From assembly GCF_018143015.1 (NCBI RefSeq), contig NC_054741.1, forward strand, positions 72,036,687-72,100,686: a stretch of 64,000 bases of DNA. The letters are read 5' to 3'. This stretch comes from Lytechinus variegatus. Taxonomy: Eukaryota. Every line of letters starts with the position of its first letter. The first letter of the stretch is position 1. This document shows, one piece after another, positions 1 to 13,551 of the stretch. Below the pieces are notes generated by a model. That model was not told where the DNA came from. It made no database searches and saw nothing but the letters and a program-made list of their open reading frames with translations. A program made the position numbers and the translations under genes.

Positions 1-2035
1 CTCCTTTTTATTAAGAAAGGTAACATGTGGACAGATTGCTTAATGGAAAGGTCCTGTGAATATTGTTTTAAAGAAAACGGGTGCTAGATGCAAATGTGTG
101 TGTATACACTACCATGCATATGTATATATGCAAGTTGATGAATATATTAAGTGAATATTCAACAGAATATAAGCATTACAATTATATGATGTATTATTTT
201 AACCAATCCAAAATTCAATTTGTTCTTTGGTGGGATGATTTTAATACCAAAGCGGCTTCCAACACATGCATACAGATATAATAATCAATCTATGTTTACT
301 GTATTGGTTCAATTAACAGACATTTTTAACAAATTGGCAAACTGAGGATGGGATAAGTCATGCTTTTTATTTCAATGAACAAATTTTTTTTAGAATCATT
401 GACCTATTCATCATATTGAATCTCCCTTTTCTTTGATTATATTTTGCAGAGAGGCTATATACAAAAGTGCACAATAGTTTGCAAAGGTTTACAAAATCCA
501 TGAAAGTAACCACCTTGGAATTTCTATTGATATTGCAAAGCTGATGCTAGGTAATACAAATATTGAGGTCGTATGAAATGTGATGTTTGAATTAGAGACT
601 ATGAGATCGTTTTGTTACATTTTCTGACATCTACTGTATGTAAATATATTTAAATATTTTCTAATTCTTGTGCAACCATTTGACATGAAGTACAGATTTC
701 AAATGAATGTGCTTGATCATGTGTGCAGGCATTGTATATACAGTATACATATAAATTGCAAGTGGAAGTTAAGAAAAAGGATCTATTACTTTTTTTAAAA
801 AAAAGAACAATATTATACAATTAATGCACATTTATGAGTGTGTTATGACGATGCAGCACACTCGAGGGTATTTACAATTATGCGAAAGCAAGAGGCGTTT
901 GCGCCGAGTGCTTTTGCATGATATTGTGAATGCCCGAGAGTTGCTCGCATTGTCACTAACATCACAAATCTTAAAATGTGCATTAATTGTTTTATAAAAC
1001 GGGTCGGCAAAATGAATTTTTCCTGGAAATCTTGTTCAAATCCCTCCAACTTGTGTACAATCGCACAGACGAAGAGATCACAATACTGTCAATCATGACA
1101 TCACAGGCGTATCTACTATGCGCGCCTAAGTAAGCGCATCAAAATCCTAGCCAGCCTCTTACTGAACGCGTATCAGTTTTTACGTGCTATTGGAACTAAT
1201 GCTGCACAAAAATTGCACAGTGCTGCACGACTGGAAGGTTGCGCATAATTAAAGCATGAACACGTGACATGAATACACACTCACCATTGGCTACATCCTT
1301 GAACCCGTTTTATAACATCTAATAAACCACATTGTGTTATGCTTAGCTCGCCAAATAATGCATAATGTGAATTCTTAAACAAGGTCATGTTCAATTAATT
1401 TCTATTGATGATTATTACACACCAAATGTACTTGTGAATAGAAATTAATAACATGTATAACTTGATTATGTTCACAATTCTTTTGTCTTGAAAAACAATG
1501 CTTCATTTCTGTTCCACAATTTCATGTACAATGATAATGCTGAATTGATTTGTTGGTAACATCTGTTTGTTTCTAAGAAACTTTTGTATGGAAATCTGGT
1601 TTGCTTGATGAAAAAGGATATGATTGTATGAAGAATGATATCAAGAAATAAAACCATGAATTTAAGAAAAGGAACAGTCTTGTGAAATCTTCTCATTGAG
1701 GGGACATTACATGAAGCTTGCAGTCAGGGCCTCCATAAGACAAAGCAAAAGGTGCTTGACTGAAGGTACAATTGATTACATTGGTCAATATTTACAATCA
1801 AGCATATAAATCAATGTTAAAGCCAATTTTAAAGCTTGTGTTGTGGGTCCAATAATGGACCTCATAGTTTGAAAATGCAGCTATATTCATTCATGATGGT
1901 ATGGTTTAACCCATTTTATTTACATTGATATTGTACCCTTTGCCAAAAGCATGTGCATTGCTTTACTGAACCTTTGTGTGCATGTGCTCTAGAATCAAGA
2001 ACCCCTTTAGTTTACTATATCTGAATTTTCCTTGG

Positions 2036-2335
2036 CCCATATTCTGAAGGCAGGTTTAACTTAGACCATGGTCTCATTCTGTACTAAAATTATGGCAAGC
2101 CAAAAGTGTCAATTTTTTTCTTAAGTTGTATGCTTCTTATGTTTACTGTGCTCTTTCCTGATTCATCGATGGTGAAGACAATCATCTAGTTATACTTCCT
2201 ACACAATTATGAATGATTCGAGAGCCAAATGAGGTGAAATTTATCTCTATTGCTAGTGATTTATGTAACAATCGGCTATCCAAACTTAAACCACAACTTT
2301 AACTGGAGTTTAAGTTAAACCCGACTTCAGAATAT
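2036..2335. mobile_element. Small MITE (~300 bp), TIR atattctgaaggcaggtttaacttagacc
   Basis: The reverse-complement match to gtttaagttaaacccgacttcagaatata at 2305-2335 is near-perfect. Confidence 0.55.
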
Positions 2336-4924
2336 AACCACTTGGGTTTAAACTTTATACCAACCTTTGTGAATTCTAGCTCAATTTTGCAGTTGAAAGT
2401 TATTCTTTTTGCCTGAAGGAAAGTTGCTTGATCTAATTTCTCTCTTTTTTCAACTGGGAATAATTTTTAATAGCTGAGGTAATCTACATGTACATGTCTG
2501 GATATTGTTATTTTTGTATACACAGGTGACATGACATAACATTTAAATGTGATTTTGAGTGAGTCCATTCTCGTTGAATGTTTACACTAAAGAAAAACAC
2601 TACTTAATACATCAATTAACTTCCCTTCCTTATTTATTATGTTACAAAACATACACTATACATAAATTCGATATACATGGAACATACTACATGTATGTAA
2701 AATATTTGACAACATGATTATGACCACTTTACATATACCAATTCATTAATACCAAATTTCAAGTTTTTCATATTTGATAAATAATTTGAAATCATTTAAG
2801 TGATATATAGACACGTGATTGAAAATCTACAAAAACTTGAAACAAATATATACATGAATAAATATAGTTCATTGATATAGATATATTACAAAAAGCATTT
2901 GGCAAGCTAGTGAAATGTACATGTGATATGGTGATGAGAGATGAAGAAAACAAAGAGCAGTACAAAGAATTTCAGTGTTTTGATTATAAGTATAAATAAA
3001 TCAATTAATTGACTATAAAACAAATCAATATCTAAATATGAAATTAAGAACACATACTGCACAGGCAAAAACAAGATTTTTATTGGAAACTAGATTTGAA
3101 TATTCCAAAACAAAATTACCACTTAACAATGGTTATTTGCTTTCATTGAAACATGTAATTTAAGCAGGAGAGGAACATATCAACCTCACAATCGCAAATT
3201 AACAAATCTACTGAAATTATCATGAATTGTATGTATGTGATGTATATGAATCATACCAGAAAAATTGAAACATTCAAAGGTACATGTCTTGTAAAAATAA
3301 AAAAGATTATGAAATATATTTAAACCATAACAAAAAGTAAAGGAAATGCAATTTTATGCAGTCAATTTGAAGAGTTACTCAAATGAAACAAAATAAATGG
3401 AAATTGAGATATAAAAGTAACTCTACAATTTTTTGTTTATAAAGTGATAAGTCTGTATGAAGTCACAGCAAAAAACAACAACAAAACAATACTTATATGT
3501 CCTATCTATCAATATAGAACTAATAACATGATAAATACAAAATACATACACTTATGAACAGGTCAAGCACAAAGTCAATTAAATCTGATTGTTTGTAATT
3601 TGTTAAATGAATTGCAATTTAAATCACGATTTGTTCTCTTAACTCGAGTTTGCTTATATTCCAGCTCTTCCAAAATTATAAATTATTTGATTGTTGGATT
3701 TTCCTGAGAAAATATAACAAGGAAATGCATTGATAAAAAAATACATCTAACATAAGTCAAATCAATTAGGACATATGGAAATAACTTTTGAGTTAGAAGA
3801 ATATGTTTCTAGTCCATGCAACACTTGGTCTTATTCCTAAACTGTAATATACTTGAGTGGCTAAGCCTATTTGGTCTAATACCAAAATACTTTTGTGGTC
3901 TCAGCGTTACAACCACCACTTGGCCTACCTTCCACTTGCACCAGTTACCATTTTATGAAATGATCAAATGAACTAATAACTTGTCAACATACAGCATCAA
4001 ACAGAAGTGAGTCTATCCAACATTAATAAGCATAACTTTGCAGATTCTTTCAAACAAACATTCCATTATCGTTAAAAGATGATACATCTTGTCATGTCTC
4101 CTCCATTTTTTTTTTGTTTTGGTTCAAGATTTTGGTGAAGAACTGCACTGAAAAGTTGATGATTTTTTATGAGGGATATACTCACTTCTGTTGAATACTG
4201 TACTGCAACCATTTTATTCTACTACTAGATTTAATCATACTGATGGGCCAGTATTCAGTTAAAATTCCTGTACAGATTCAATTAGACCATAAAGATCACC
4301 TGCCTATAAGGGAAACTTCTTGTTTGATTTGAGATATTAACAGTCCTCCTACACAGGCTTCATGACAGAACTTTGAGTAGGGCAGAAATGTGCAATCCAA
4401 GCTAAAGAAAATGCTATTTATATACTACACATATAAAATGAAATTCCATTAAAATATAAATCTGGATAAATATATATTTTTTTCATTATTTGAGTGCAAT
4501 ATTCGGCAGTGGATGGACTGAAAATGAAATAAAATATACAATTCAAGGTGCATGACAGAATACGAATCAAAACCAAAGTCCAAGCACACAAGACAGGAAT
4601 ACCAAAATATTGCATAATACAAGTTCATTTTTCATATTAATAACATTTAGAAGCTGGCAATAAAGGAAACAGTGCAAGTATGCAAGCTTTCATAGTTCGA
4701 TGAAAATGATAAAAGCATACTCTATAGATGCTTGTTTCATGTAGTACAAGCATTAATTGCTTTCATGTGTCAATGGGAATATGAGGCAACAAATATTGCA
4801 GAGATGGGAATAATGTTTTGTATATAAGAACTATGGGCCAATCAAAATCTTTAACAAAACAGCTATGCTATGGGATTGTTCACACAACTGTTTGAGAGTT
4901 GACACACATACTAGCATTTAATGT

Positions 4925-5240
4925 GGAGCTGGTTTGGTCAAGTGGTTCTGACTCTCGCCTCTGAGTATGTGGGCCATGGGTTTGAATTCCAGTCGTAGTG
5001 TTATATTTCCTTCAGCAAGAAATTCATCTACATTATGCAACACCCAACTAAGGTGAGGTCAATGGGTACCCACAAGGTTGTATTCCTAGTGCCTATTTGG
5101 CAGCCCAGCTACAGCCAGGGTAATATGATATCTTATATTGAGTGGAGTGCAGTAGAATGCTTTCATATTTGCTGTGCTAAAGAAATGGATCCATATTTAC
5201 TCGACTTCAAAAGCTACACAAGACTTCAAAGAAGAATGTT
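4925..5240 (+). mobile_element. tRNA-derived SINE candidate. It has a tRNA-like head with A-box TGGTCAAGTGG and B-box GGTTTGAATTCC, followed by a ~240-bp body.
   Basis: The pol III box A and box B consensus motifs are seen at the canonical spacing. Body assignment is tentative. Confidence 0.45.
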
Positions 5241-5539
5241 GTGAAGTTGCACATACAAGATTATCCCTGTGCATTTCAGGATAATAGGGTGACATATCAT
5301 GCAAGGGGGGGGGGTTGAATAATGGACATCATACCCCCCCCCATCCTCTCAAGGTTGAAGGCAAATAAGATCAGTAGTAATGAATAGAATGTATCAACCA
5401 TAGCAATGACAAATCTGCAATACGAGTGACAATGACAAAATGTGATGACCAGTGATTGCTTCCTGATGCTGACTTCCAATACTGGAATAAAAAGTGAGTT
5501 GTCCATCTTGCTGCTTGGTAGCAGAAATTGAGTTGAGAA

Positions 5540-5570
5540 CTAGCAGAATTCTTCGCTGCCTGACAATTCG
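5540..5570 (-). CDS. Terminal exon of the coiled-coil protein (SELSGSEEFC, then TAG stop)
   Basis: Acceptor tatttttcag. Phase is carried from the previous exon. The in-frame TAG is at 5542-5540. Confidence 0.55.
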
Positions 5571-5912
5571 CTGAAAAATACATGGAAGAAAAAAGAAGAA
5601 AATTAGTAGAAATACAGCCAGTAAGTTTAAACAAGGTGAAATAAGTCAAGTGTGATGTCCTAATCAGCCTACATTGAATTATAATCTATGTATGGTATAA
5701 TCACATAGACTGATATTTTGACTGTCAATTACACTTTAAGTACATTTCATGCCACACTGTATAGATGATTAATGAAAAGGCTTTGAATTGAGGAAACACG
5801 TAACATATTGTTTGGCACTCCAAACAAACCAGTTGTTTGCAAACCATGTGTAACATTTTAAAGTGGCCCCAGATTTGATGTGCTGTAAGTTTATTATTTC
5901 ATTGACACCTAC

Positions 5913-6049
5913 CTTCCTTCAAAGTCCTGTTCTAGATGTTCTAATAGCTCTGGAGCTCTCTCTAACATGAGGGTATAGAGTTGGTCTAAATACTGTTTCT
6001 GCCTCCCTGCTTCCTCTAACTCATCTTGAAGCACATGAAGTATCTCATC
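5913..6049 (-). CDS. Coiled-coil protein exon (DEILHVLQDELEEAGRQKQYLDQLYTLMLERAPELLEHLEQDFEG)
   Basis: Acceptor tttgatag and donor GGAAG|GTAGGT. Confidence 0.7.
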
Positions 6050-6627
6050 CTATCAAAGATAAATACACACACATATCATATCAGATTTATTTACATGTGT
6101 ACCGCAAGCAAAATATAATATAATAAAATATAACATTTGAGGTATATCTAAATTTCTCTTTAACTATTTATATCTATTTAAATATCTATATACATGTATA
6201 TATCTAAAATAAAAGTTAAGAAACAGCAGTATGTTGTTCTTTTCTTTACTTTGTGTGTTTTATTTCAACTTCAACTGATTGAGGAACATTTTCATACCTT
6301 TTTGAAAAAAAAAATCTATACTGGTTTTTCCATCCATCCATCAATCAACCATCTATCATTTGATGATTTGATTAATTCTTCTTTTTTTCATCCAAATTTA
6401 CAACCATTCATTTATTGATTCATCAGCATTTACTTGTGATTATTAATTGATATTCATTAACATATTCATTCATCATCTAATTCTATTTATTTTTGTCAGT
6501 AGATTCATTTCCCATCTACGTTATAGTTGTTCATTTTTTTTTGTATTTACTCTATCTAGTAATTATCTTATTAATTGCATACTTTATGTCAATAGACATG
6601 GGCTTTACAACCGTTAAGCGTGCTCAC

Positions 6628-6786
6628 CTTATTGGCAGGCTTAAGAACTTCCCATAGTGGTGCATCATTATTAGCACTGGCAATAAGGTCATCTGCCTTT
6701 ACCTCTTCATTCCGATTGAGGTCAATAGACTTTAGCCTACTCAGGGCATCATCACGCTCCTTCACTATAGATGAGGTCTCTGAGTT
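6628..6786 (-). CDS. Coiled-coil protein exon (NSETSSIVKERDDALSRLKSIDLNRNEEVKADDLIASANNDAPLWEVLKPANK)
   Basis: Acceptor accatag and donor AAG|GTGAGC. The plus-strand ORF 6620-6925 is its antisense artefact. Confidence 0.7.
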
Positions 6787-6957
6787 CTATGGTACAAAGA
6801 ATACAGATTACAGAAAACTTCTTTTTATTGATACCACACATGTACAGAAGCATTCCCCCTATAGTCAACATATTTTCAAATACATGGTGTATATGACATA
6901 TTTCTTTGAAGCAATAATATCATAAATGAATCTAAAATATTCATTCAAATATATTAC

Positions 6958-7017
6958 CTTCTGTGCTAATTCAGCTTCCAGCTTTTTAAGCTTCTGTTCC
7001 TGTTGTCGTACCCTTGT
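6958..7017 (-). CDS. Coiled-coil protein exon (TRVRQQEQKLKKLEAELAQK)
   Basis: Acceptor tatacag and donor AAG|GTAATA. 20 codons. Confidence 0.65.
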
Positions 7018-7589
7018 CTGTATAAGTTAAATGAAAAGGTATATAAGTTTTGTGGAAATGGGTGAAAGTAGGTCAATACCTATTTCAAGAGAAATATTAT
7101 TGATATATCATTTGGTGATATACTTTATATTTGGATTCAAATAAGGTATTTTGCTTTCCTTATACTGACCAAGACAAGTCTGTCATGAGATTATATGATA
7201 AATAAGTTATTCATCAAATTAACAGCAAAGAATCATTCTCAAAGAGTTTTGTTAGATGCACAGGTCAGATATTTTTATAGTTAGAATTTAAAGAGAGGGA
7301 GAAAGATGAGAGGAGGATTATCATCACCTTTAACTATTGGGACTTTGCATAAAATATGCGAACCTGACCCCCTCATGTATGACCTTTCTGAAATGATTTC
7401 TCTGTTTTCTAGTTCATTTGAAAGTTTGCAATATTATCAAATTATCATGGCTTGAGCATGAAGTAAAATAAGACAAGAGAGGATGGATGGACAAAAACAG
7501 TCGATTATTTTCAGGAATAGCCTAATCACAATCAAGCAATCATAACTGAAATGATACAAGAATGTAAACAAAAAAAGACTAACACTTAC

Positions 7590-7712
7590 CTCTAATCTTT
7601 CCTTGTCGCCCTGCAATCGACTGATAGCATGATTTGATTGGTTGATGTTCCCTTCATGGGCCATACGCAACTCCTCTGATATTTCTTGATTCCTAGACTC
7701 TAATGTCTCAAT
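7590..7712 (-). CDS. Coiled-coil protein exon (IETLESRNQEISEELRMAHEGNINQSNHAISRLQGDKERLE)
   Basis: Its frame is anchored by ORF-track entry 7437-7670. Acceptor tgtatag and donor GAG|GTAAGT. Confidence 0.75.
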
Positions 7713-8032
7713 CTATACAATTCAAAACAAATATTAAGAGATACATTACAGACAAACTCGGGGAATCATAGATTGATATTGCAATTGAAATTTGAGAGTC
7801 TGTATTGAAACAGACATTTTATATAAAATGGCTTGTACTGAACCTAATTAAAGTGATAGGAGCGGTTGAAGACTTCTTTCATGCAATCCACAAACCGGTC
7901 ATTCAATATGATAAAATTATTATGATATATACAATAATAACATTTACAGCAGAGAATATCATTACATACATTTCATCTGAATTCTTGCATTCATTGATCA
8001 TGATTCTATATATGAACTAAAAACATTGTTAC

Positions 8033-8105
8033 CTTGTGGTGAAGTTGTTGCATTGTGACTTTCTGCTGATTAAGTTCCAGGACCTGATGCTCTAGAGGTC
8101 TCAAT
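8033..8105 (-). CDS. Coiled-coil protein exon (RLRPLEHQVLELNQQKVTMQQLHHK)
   Basis: Acceptor cttttag and donor AAG|GTAACA. Phase matches its neighbours. Confidence 0.65.
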
Positions 8106-8262
8106 CTAAAAGAACGCAACAGAATAATCAACTATTGATGGTTTGAGGTCAGTATACATGTATGCTTTTATGGTAAGATTTAGAAAATCATAGCAAACAT
8201 AAGGACATCGTTATTACAACCATTCTCTCCACTCCTTCCTCTAAAAAAACAAAAGCAAACTT

Positions 8263-8854
8263 AAAGGAGAATGAAACCATTGGAACAAGATAGCTTGTGT
8301 AAAAACAGAAAAATCAAAGAAACAGATCAACGAAAGTTTGAGAAAAATCGGACAAATAATGAGAAAGTTATGAGCATTTGAATATTGCGATTTCTAATGC
8401 TATAGAGATAGCAAATTGGCAATGCGACAAAGATGTGTGATGTCACTTGTGAACAACTCTCCCCATTACTTTAGTATATATTTCACTTGAATTGCCTCTT
8501 TTATCACATCTATCCATAGATCATGTGTTCTTTCTACATGAGGGCATGTAATACATATTTTTTTAGGAATACATCATGGATAAAGAGTTTGTATCATCAT
8601 AAGAAAAAGCAAAAAGAGACATTTTTTAGGGTATTTTATAGTCCACCAAAGGGAAAGTTGTTCATCAGTGACATCACACATCCTTGTCGCATTGCCAATG
8701 GGAGGACCTCCATAGCATTAGTGATTGCAATATTCAAATGCTCATAACTTTCTCATTATTTGTCAGATTTTTCTCAAACTTTCTTTATTCTTATTCTTTG
8801 ATTTTTCTGTTTCTACACAAGCCTATTTGTTCCAAAGGTTTCATTCCCCTTTAA
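8263..8854. mobile_element. Foldback MITE family 2, copy 1 (~590 bp, ~190-bp inverted arms), in an intron of the coiled-coil gene
   Basis: The arm 8263-8460 is the reverse complement of 8640-8854 (gacatcacacatccttgtcgcattgccaa...). ORF-track entry 8523-8747 is an artefact. Confidence 0.75.
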
Positions 8855-9060
8855 CTACCACCAGCTCCTCCTCCTCATCATTAAAATCATCATCACCACA
8901 CTACCACAAATATTATGATCAATGGCATTATAACCCCCACCACCACCACCACCAGCATCAACAGCAACATCTTCATCATGACCATTCTCCATCTTCACCA
9001 TCATTACTATGGTCACTACTACCACCATCAACAGCACCTCAGCTATCACAATCAAATCCT
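8840..9060. repeat. Imperfect (CAY)n / (CCA)n trinucleotide-rich low-complexity tract
   Basis: Read directly. It generates the spurious poly-His/Gln ORF 8725-9114. Confidence 0.7.
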
Positions 9061-9094
9061 ACTGCTTATTCCTTTCTCCTCTCTATTACCTTAC

Positions 9095-9313
9095 CTATGA
9101 ACTATATCTGTTAACCTCTTATTCTCCTGCCAGCATGACTCATAGTGTTCTGAAGCGGTGGCTAGTTGTCTGGTCAGTCTGTCCACCTCCATGCTAACCT
9201 GATCCCGTCCAGCCCGCATGCATACCAGCTGGGCTTTCTTGGACCGGTTCAACAAGGTGTTGACCTCTAAGACACTTGACCCCAACGTGCTGTGACCATT
9301 GACCTCTATGACT
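9095..9313 (-). CDS. Coiled-coil protein exon (RVIEVNGHSTLGSSVLEVNTLLNRSKKAQLVCMRAGRDQVSMEVDRLTRQLATASEHYESCWQENKRLTDIVH)
   Basis: Its frame is anchored by ORF-track entry 9091-9324. Acceptor ttgtacaacag and donor CATAG|GTAAGG. Confidence 0.75.
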
Positions 9314-9731
9314 CTGTTGTACAAGATTGTAAGGATAAAATTAAATTGCTAACTGAAAAAGGATCCTCATTCTACTCTAAATATAGCAATACCATTGTGT
9401 TGCAGTGATGGTTTTCATATTATGTATAAACATGTTCAGGCGATCATACTGGCAATTATCTTACAAATCATATTATCTTTTTTTATAAGACAGGTCTTGA
9501 TAATTGATCCATTTTTACATTGACATAAATAATATAAATTAAATAAATTAAATAGAATAAATTAATATAAAATTACAAAAACATAATTTTGAAGGAATTT
9601 TTAATAAAATGTGCAAATCAATGGCAATCTCAACAGAAAATTTCCAATATTAATATTACAAAATATTTCTGTAGCTCGAGGTGATTATATCAGAGACATT
9701 GTGACAAGTTTTATGAAAGTGGTATACTCAC

Positions 9732-9943
9732 CTATCACCGACACGCAGCACATCTGCAGAGCGACAGCTCTGTATGTAGACTCCGCTCTGAGAGTTTTTT
9801 TCAGCCACCTGAAAATGAAAACCCTGTGAGCTTGCACTAGCCAGTAGAGCAAACACTGAAAACTGCTGGTTATGAGGCAAAGTGTTGTAGAAGTTGAGAG
9901 CACCGCGGGGTGAGATGGCAGCCTTCTTCTTGGCTTCCTCGAT
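9732..9943 (-). CDS. Exon IEEAKKKAAISPRGALNFYNTLPHNQQFSVFALLASASSQGFHFQVAEKNSQSGVYIQSCRSADVLRVGD (a non-coiled segment)
   Basis: Acceptor cttttag and donor GATAG|GTGAGT. A 70-codon open frame with consistent phase. Confidence 0.7.
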
Positions 9944-10212
9944 CTAAAAGTCAAAAGTAAAAAAAAAAATGTAAAAGTGCTGTTAATGATCTGCCTTGTG
10001 AATGTACTCAATAAAATCCTTATACACTAGTGGCTTCTGTCTGCCATAAACAATTTTTGACAGTCAGGTACAACTCTATGATATTTTCAATATGTAGACT
10101 TAAATCTTGTAAAAAAAAATATTCAAGTCCTTGCCATTCCTTTATTTTATAAAGCATGCAGTGGTACATGAAAGTGGAATTCTTGAATATTATGAAATAA
10201 GAACAATTTCCT

Positions 10213-10840
10213 TGATTACTCTAATGTCCAAGTTTAATGAACTAGACCAATAAACTTTCAAAGTTATGATGGTAATTCAACAGATACCCCCGATTCGGCC
10301 AAAGTTCATTGACCCTAAATGACCTTTGACCTTAATCAAGAGACCTGAAACTTGCACAAAATTTTCAGTGATGCTTGATTACTATTATGTCCAAGTTTCA
10401 TGAATCAGATCCATAAACTTTCAAAGTTATGATGGGAATTCAACAGATATCCCCAATTCGGCCAAAGTTCATTGACCCTAAATGACCTTTGACCTTGGTC
10501 ATGTGACGTGAAACTCATGCAGGATGTTCAGTGATACTTGATTAACCTTATGTCCAAGATTCATGAACTAGGTCCATATATTTTCTTAGTTATGATGACA
10601 TTTCAAAAACTTAACCTCAGGTTAAGATTTCGATGTTGATTCCTCCAACATGGTCTAAGTTCATTGACCCTAAATGACCTTTGACCTTGGTCATGTGACA
10701 TGAAACTCTAATAGGATGTTTAGTAATACTTGATTAACCTTACAGCCAAGTTTTATTAACTAGGTCCATATACTTTCTAAGTTATGACGTCATTTCAAAA
10801 ACTTAACCTCAGGTTAAGATTTGATGTTGACGCCACCGCC
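10213..10840. repeat. Tandem array of ~3.7 copies of a 162-190-bp unit (cttgattaMcYtatgtccaag...ttcattgaccctaaatgacctttgacctt...) in an intron of the coiled-coil gene
   Basis: Unit starts near 10213, 10375, 10538 and 10728 share more than 85% identity by eye. Confidence 0.75.
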
Positions 10841-11004
10841 GTCGGAAAAGCGGCGCCTATAGTCTCACTCTGCTTCGCAGGTGAGACAAAAATGATACCA
10901 AATTTGACATTATGAATGATAGCAGGAAATGGAAGAGTTCATTATGCAGCAGTTGTCAATTAAATTCACTTCAGAATTAAAATTGCTCATCATCTTTAGG
11001 GTAC

Positions 11005-11128
11005 CTTTGCAGCTTGAAGTTGGTAGTCAGCAATAGCAATCTCCATGTTAGCTAGGAGTGTACTGTGATCATATTGTGCCTTTAGGAGAGCTACCTCGGC
11101 TAGAGTCACTTCATACATAGATGACGTG
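11005..11128 (-). CDS. Coiled-coil protein exon (STSSMYEVTLAEVALLKAQYDHSTLLANMEIAIADYQLQAAK)
   Basis: Its frame is anchored by ORF-track entry 10996-11193. Acceptor tttttttctatag and donor AAG|GTACCC. Confidence 0.75.
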
Positions 11129-11698
11129 CTATAGAAAAAAATACACATTGAGAACAACTGTGACATTATGTTCATGAGCATTTCTTCATGCATGGATTCA
11201 TGTTTTACTATTATATAGGAAGCTCTTTATTTCTCTTCCATGGTATAGAATCTTCTAATTAGGAAAAAATTAGCTTTCCTCTGTGTTAGGAGTGAAGATT
11301 TGAAGATTCCATAACATGGGCTAACAAATTTGCTCCAAAATACCAGAGAGTGCATATTCCTTCACATTTTAAACATCTCAAAGTTTCATGGCAGTTAGGG
11401 TAGCATGCTAATTCATAATTTCACACGTTATAAGAATTTCAGAGGTGCTACATATCTCCTCAGCCCTAGAATTGATAGATTGCAGGCAACATAATGTTTT
11501 TAAAGTATAATTTATAAAAATATAAAGAATTTTATCTTGCAAACTGGTCAAAGAAATTTCAAGGCACAAGTTTTGTTGTGTGAATATGCAATATGTACGA
11601 GAATTGCGTTGGAGAAATTTAACAATGTGATTGTGTTAAACTACTTAAACTTAAATTGGGATCTATTATTGATTGCTAATAAAATTGCAGGTCCATAC

Positions 11699-11831
11699 CT
11701 GTCATCCATGCTTGCTCCTAACTCTTCAACACTTTGTTTGATCTCATCAAGGTCTCTCTGTCTGTCTTCCATTTCTTGACTGGCTGATTCCAGTTCTGCT
11801 AATAACTCAAGAAGTCTCTCTGGAAGAGATT
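11699..11831 (-). CDS. Coiled-coil protein exon (ESLPERLLELLAELESASQEMEDRQRDLDEIKQSVEELGASMDD)
   Basis: Its frame is anchored by ORF-track entry 11641-11865. Acceptor ttttttcctccccaag and donor GACAG|GTATGG. Confidence 0.75.
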
Positions 11832-12668
11832 CTTGGGGAGGAAAAAAGAAAGAGATAACATGCACTACTGTTTTCTGGTTTCATTTTTCTTTTTATTCTT
11901 TTTGTAGCTATATTTCTTTTCATTTCATCTTCTCTTCTTTATATTGCTCCCTCAGAAGATAAACCTACATGTATACACAAGATAATTCAGTGATTACTAT
12001 ACACATAATCTACTCTATTACATTACCGTCTACACACTATTTATATAATGCACTCCAAAATTCTAAATTCTATCATCATTTAAACGTAATGGAACATAAA
12101 AAGCATACACATCTCATGTGCTAGTGTTTTAGTAAGGCATTTATCCCCATAACCCTCTAAGAGGACCTTAAGCTATTGGTCCCCTGGTTGCTTACCTCTA
12201 CACACAACCACAATTTTTTGATAAAAAGTAGCACATAAGAAATATTAGTTTGAAATTTATTAGTTCCCATTCCAGTGTACCAATAAAACTATTGAAAACA
12301 GCACAATTCAGACTGATAAATTCTGTGAAAGTAAAAACATTCAGTATTCTTTTTATAGTACAGTTCTCACAACATTGAAATTAAAATTCACCCCTTATAT
12401 CAGTGAAATGAAACTATGAAACCTGACTGACATGTTGCATTTCCTCATTATTAAATAAGGGTTCTGTTTCATAAAACTTCTTACAATAACAAATTTGGAA
12501 TAGCAGTTTAAAGCTACTGAAATCATTCAATTTGATTGGCTGATAGAAGACTTGTTAGAAATTGTGCATTTTTATTATCACAGTCTTTATGAAACGGAAC
12601 CCAGATTTGTCATGAGAGAAAAAATTCTGACCCTACTCAGCGATAAATGCTGACAATGGGAATCTTAC

Positions 12669-12780
12669 CTGTTTCAGGACATGATGCTAGTCTTTGTTCC
12701 AGTGTTTGTAATCTAGCATCTACATTCATCTGATGGTATGAGTTCCCAAGATCAGCTAGAGCCTCTTGTAATGCAGCCAG
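12669..12780 (-). CDS. Coiled-coil protein exon (LAALQEALADLGNSYHQMNVDARLQTLEQRLASCPET)
   Basis: Acceptor tatacag and donor ACAG|GTAAGA. Confidence 0.7.
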
Positions 12781-13479
12781 CTGTATAGTAACATACATAA
12801 AAATAAAAAAGGCAATACATTAGCATGCACAAATATGTCCTAAAGACAGGATCTTAACATGGGAATGACATTTTTGTTTATGATAAAAAAGCCAACTATA
12901 TTGCTGCTTTTTCTGCATTGTAATTTATGTGAGAATATGTTAAAAATATGAGCTTAAGACAGATAGGGATATTCACTTTTTATAATGTTATAATACCAAG
13001 TTGCTGCTTTCTTATGGCAAAACACTTTAGTATAAGAATAGGAATTTGGAAAATCATCAATCATTGAACACATTATCTTTTCTTAAATTTTCCTTTTTAA
13101 ACCATGGCAAATATTTACACTGTATTTATTTCTCATTTCTAACATTCTAGAATGTGTTCCAGAATATAAATAATTTCCTATGTCTATGTACATGGCTAGA
13201 ATAGAAACTGTCACAAATTCATCATTTCTCTAAAAGATTATTCGGCTTTTTATGCTAGCATCTCTCTTTTATTCAGAAGCATCTCTCTTTTATTCAGAAG
13301 GATGCCGTCAGCCTAGTTACTGGGCCTGAAAAACCGGTTAAAGCCCCATATATTCAGTACAAAATAGAGCCTGAACTGGAAGTAGCCAGAGCCTGAAATC
13401 ATGCAAAAGCCTGACTGGCATCTCTATATACATTGTTCAAATTAAACAAAAAAAGTCAAATAAAAAACTGCCAGCTCAC

Positions 13480-13551
13480 CTGTCTACTTTTTTCTTCTAG
13501 TTCTCTAGAAATATCTTTCTCACTGGAGTTGTCTTCTTCTACATCATTAAT
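13480..13551 (-). CDS. Coiled-coil protein exon (INDVEEDNSSEKDISRELEEKSRQ)
   Basis: Acceptor cccctcag and donor CAG|GTGAGC. Phase 0 in and out. Confidence 0.65.

Noticed and set aside
6620-6925. 101-aa plus-strand ORF
   Set aside because: It is antisense to the minus-strand coiled-coil exon 6628-6786.
8725-9114. 129-aa poly-His/Gln/Ser ORF
   Set aside because: It starts inside the foldback MITE and runs through the (CAY)n microsatellite. It is low-complexity, with no splice signals.
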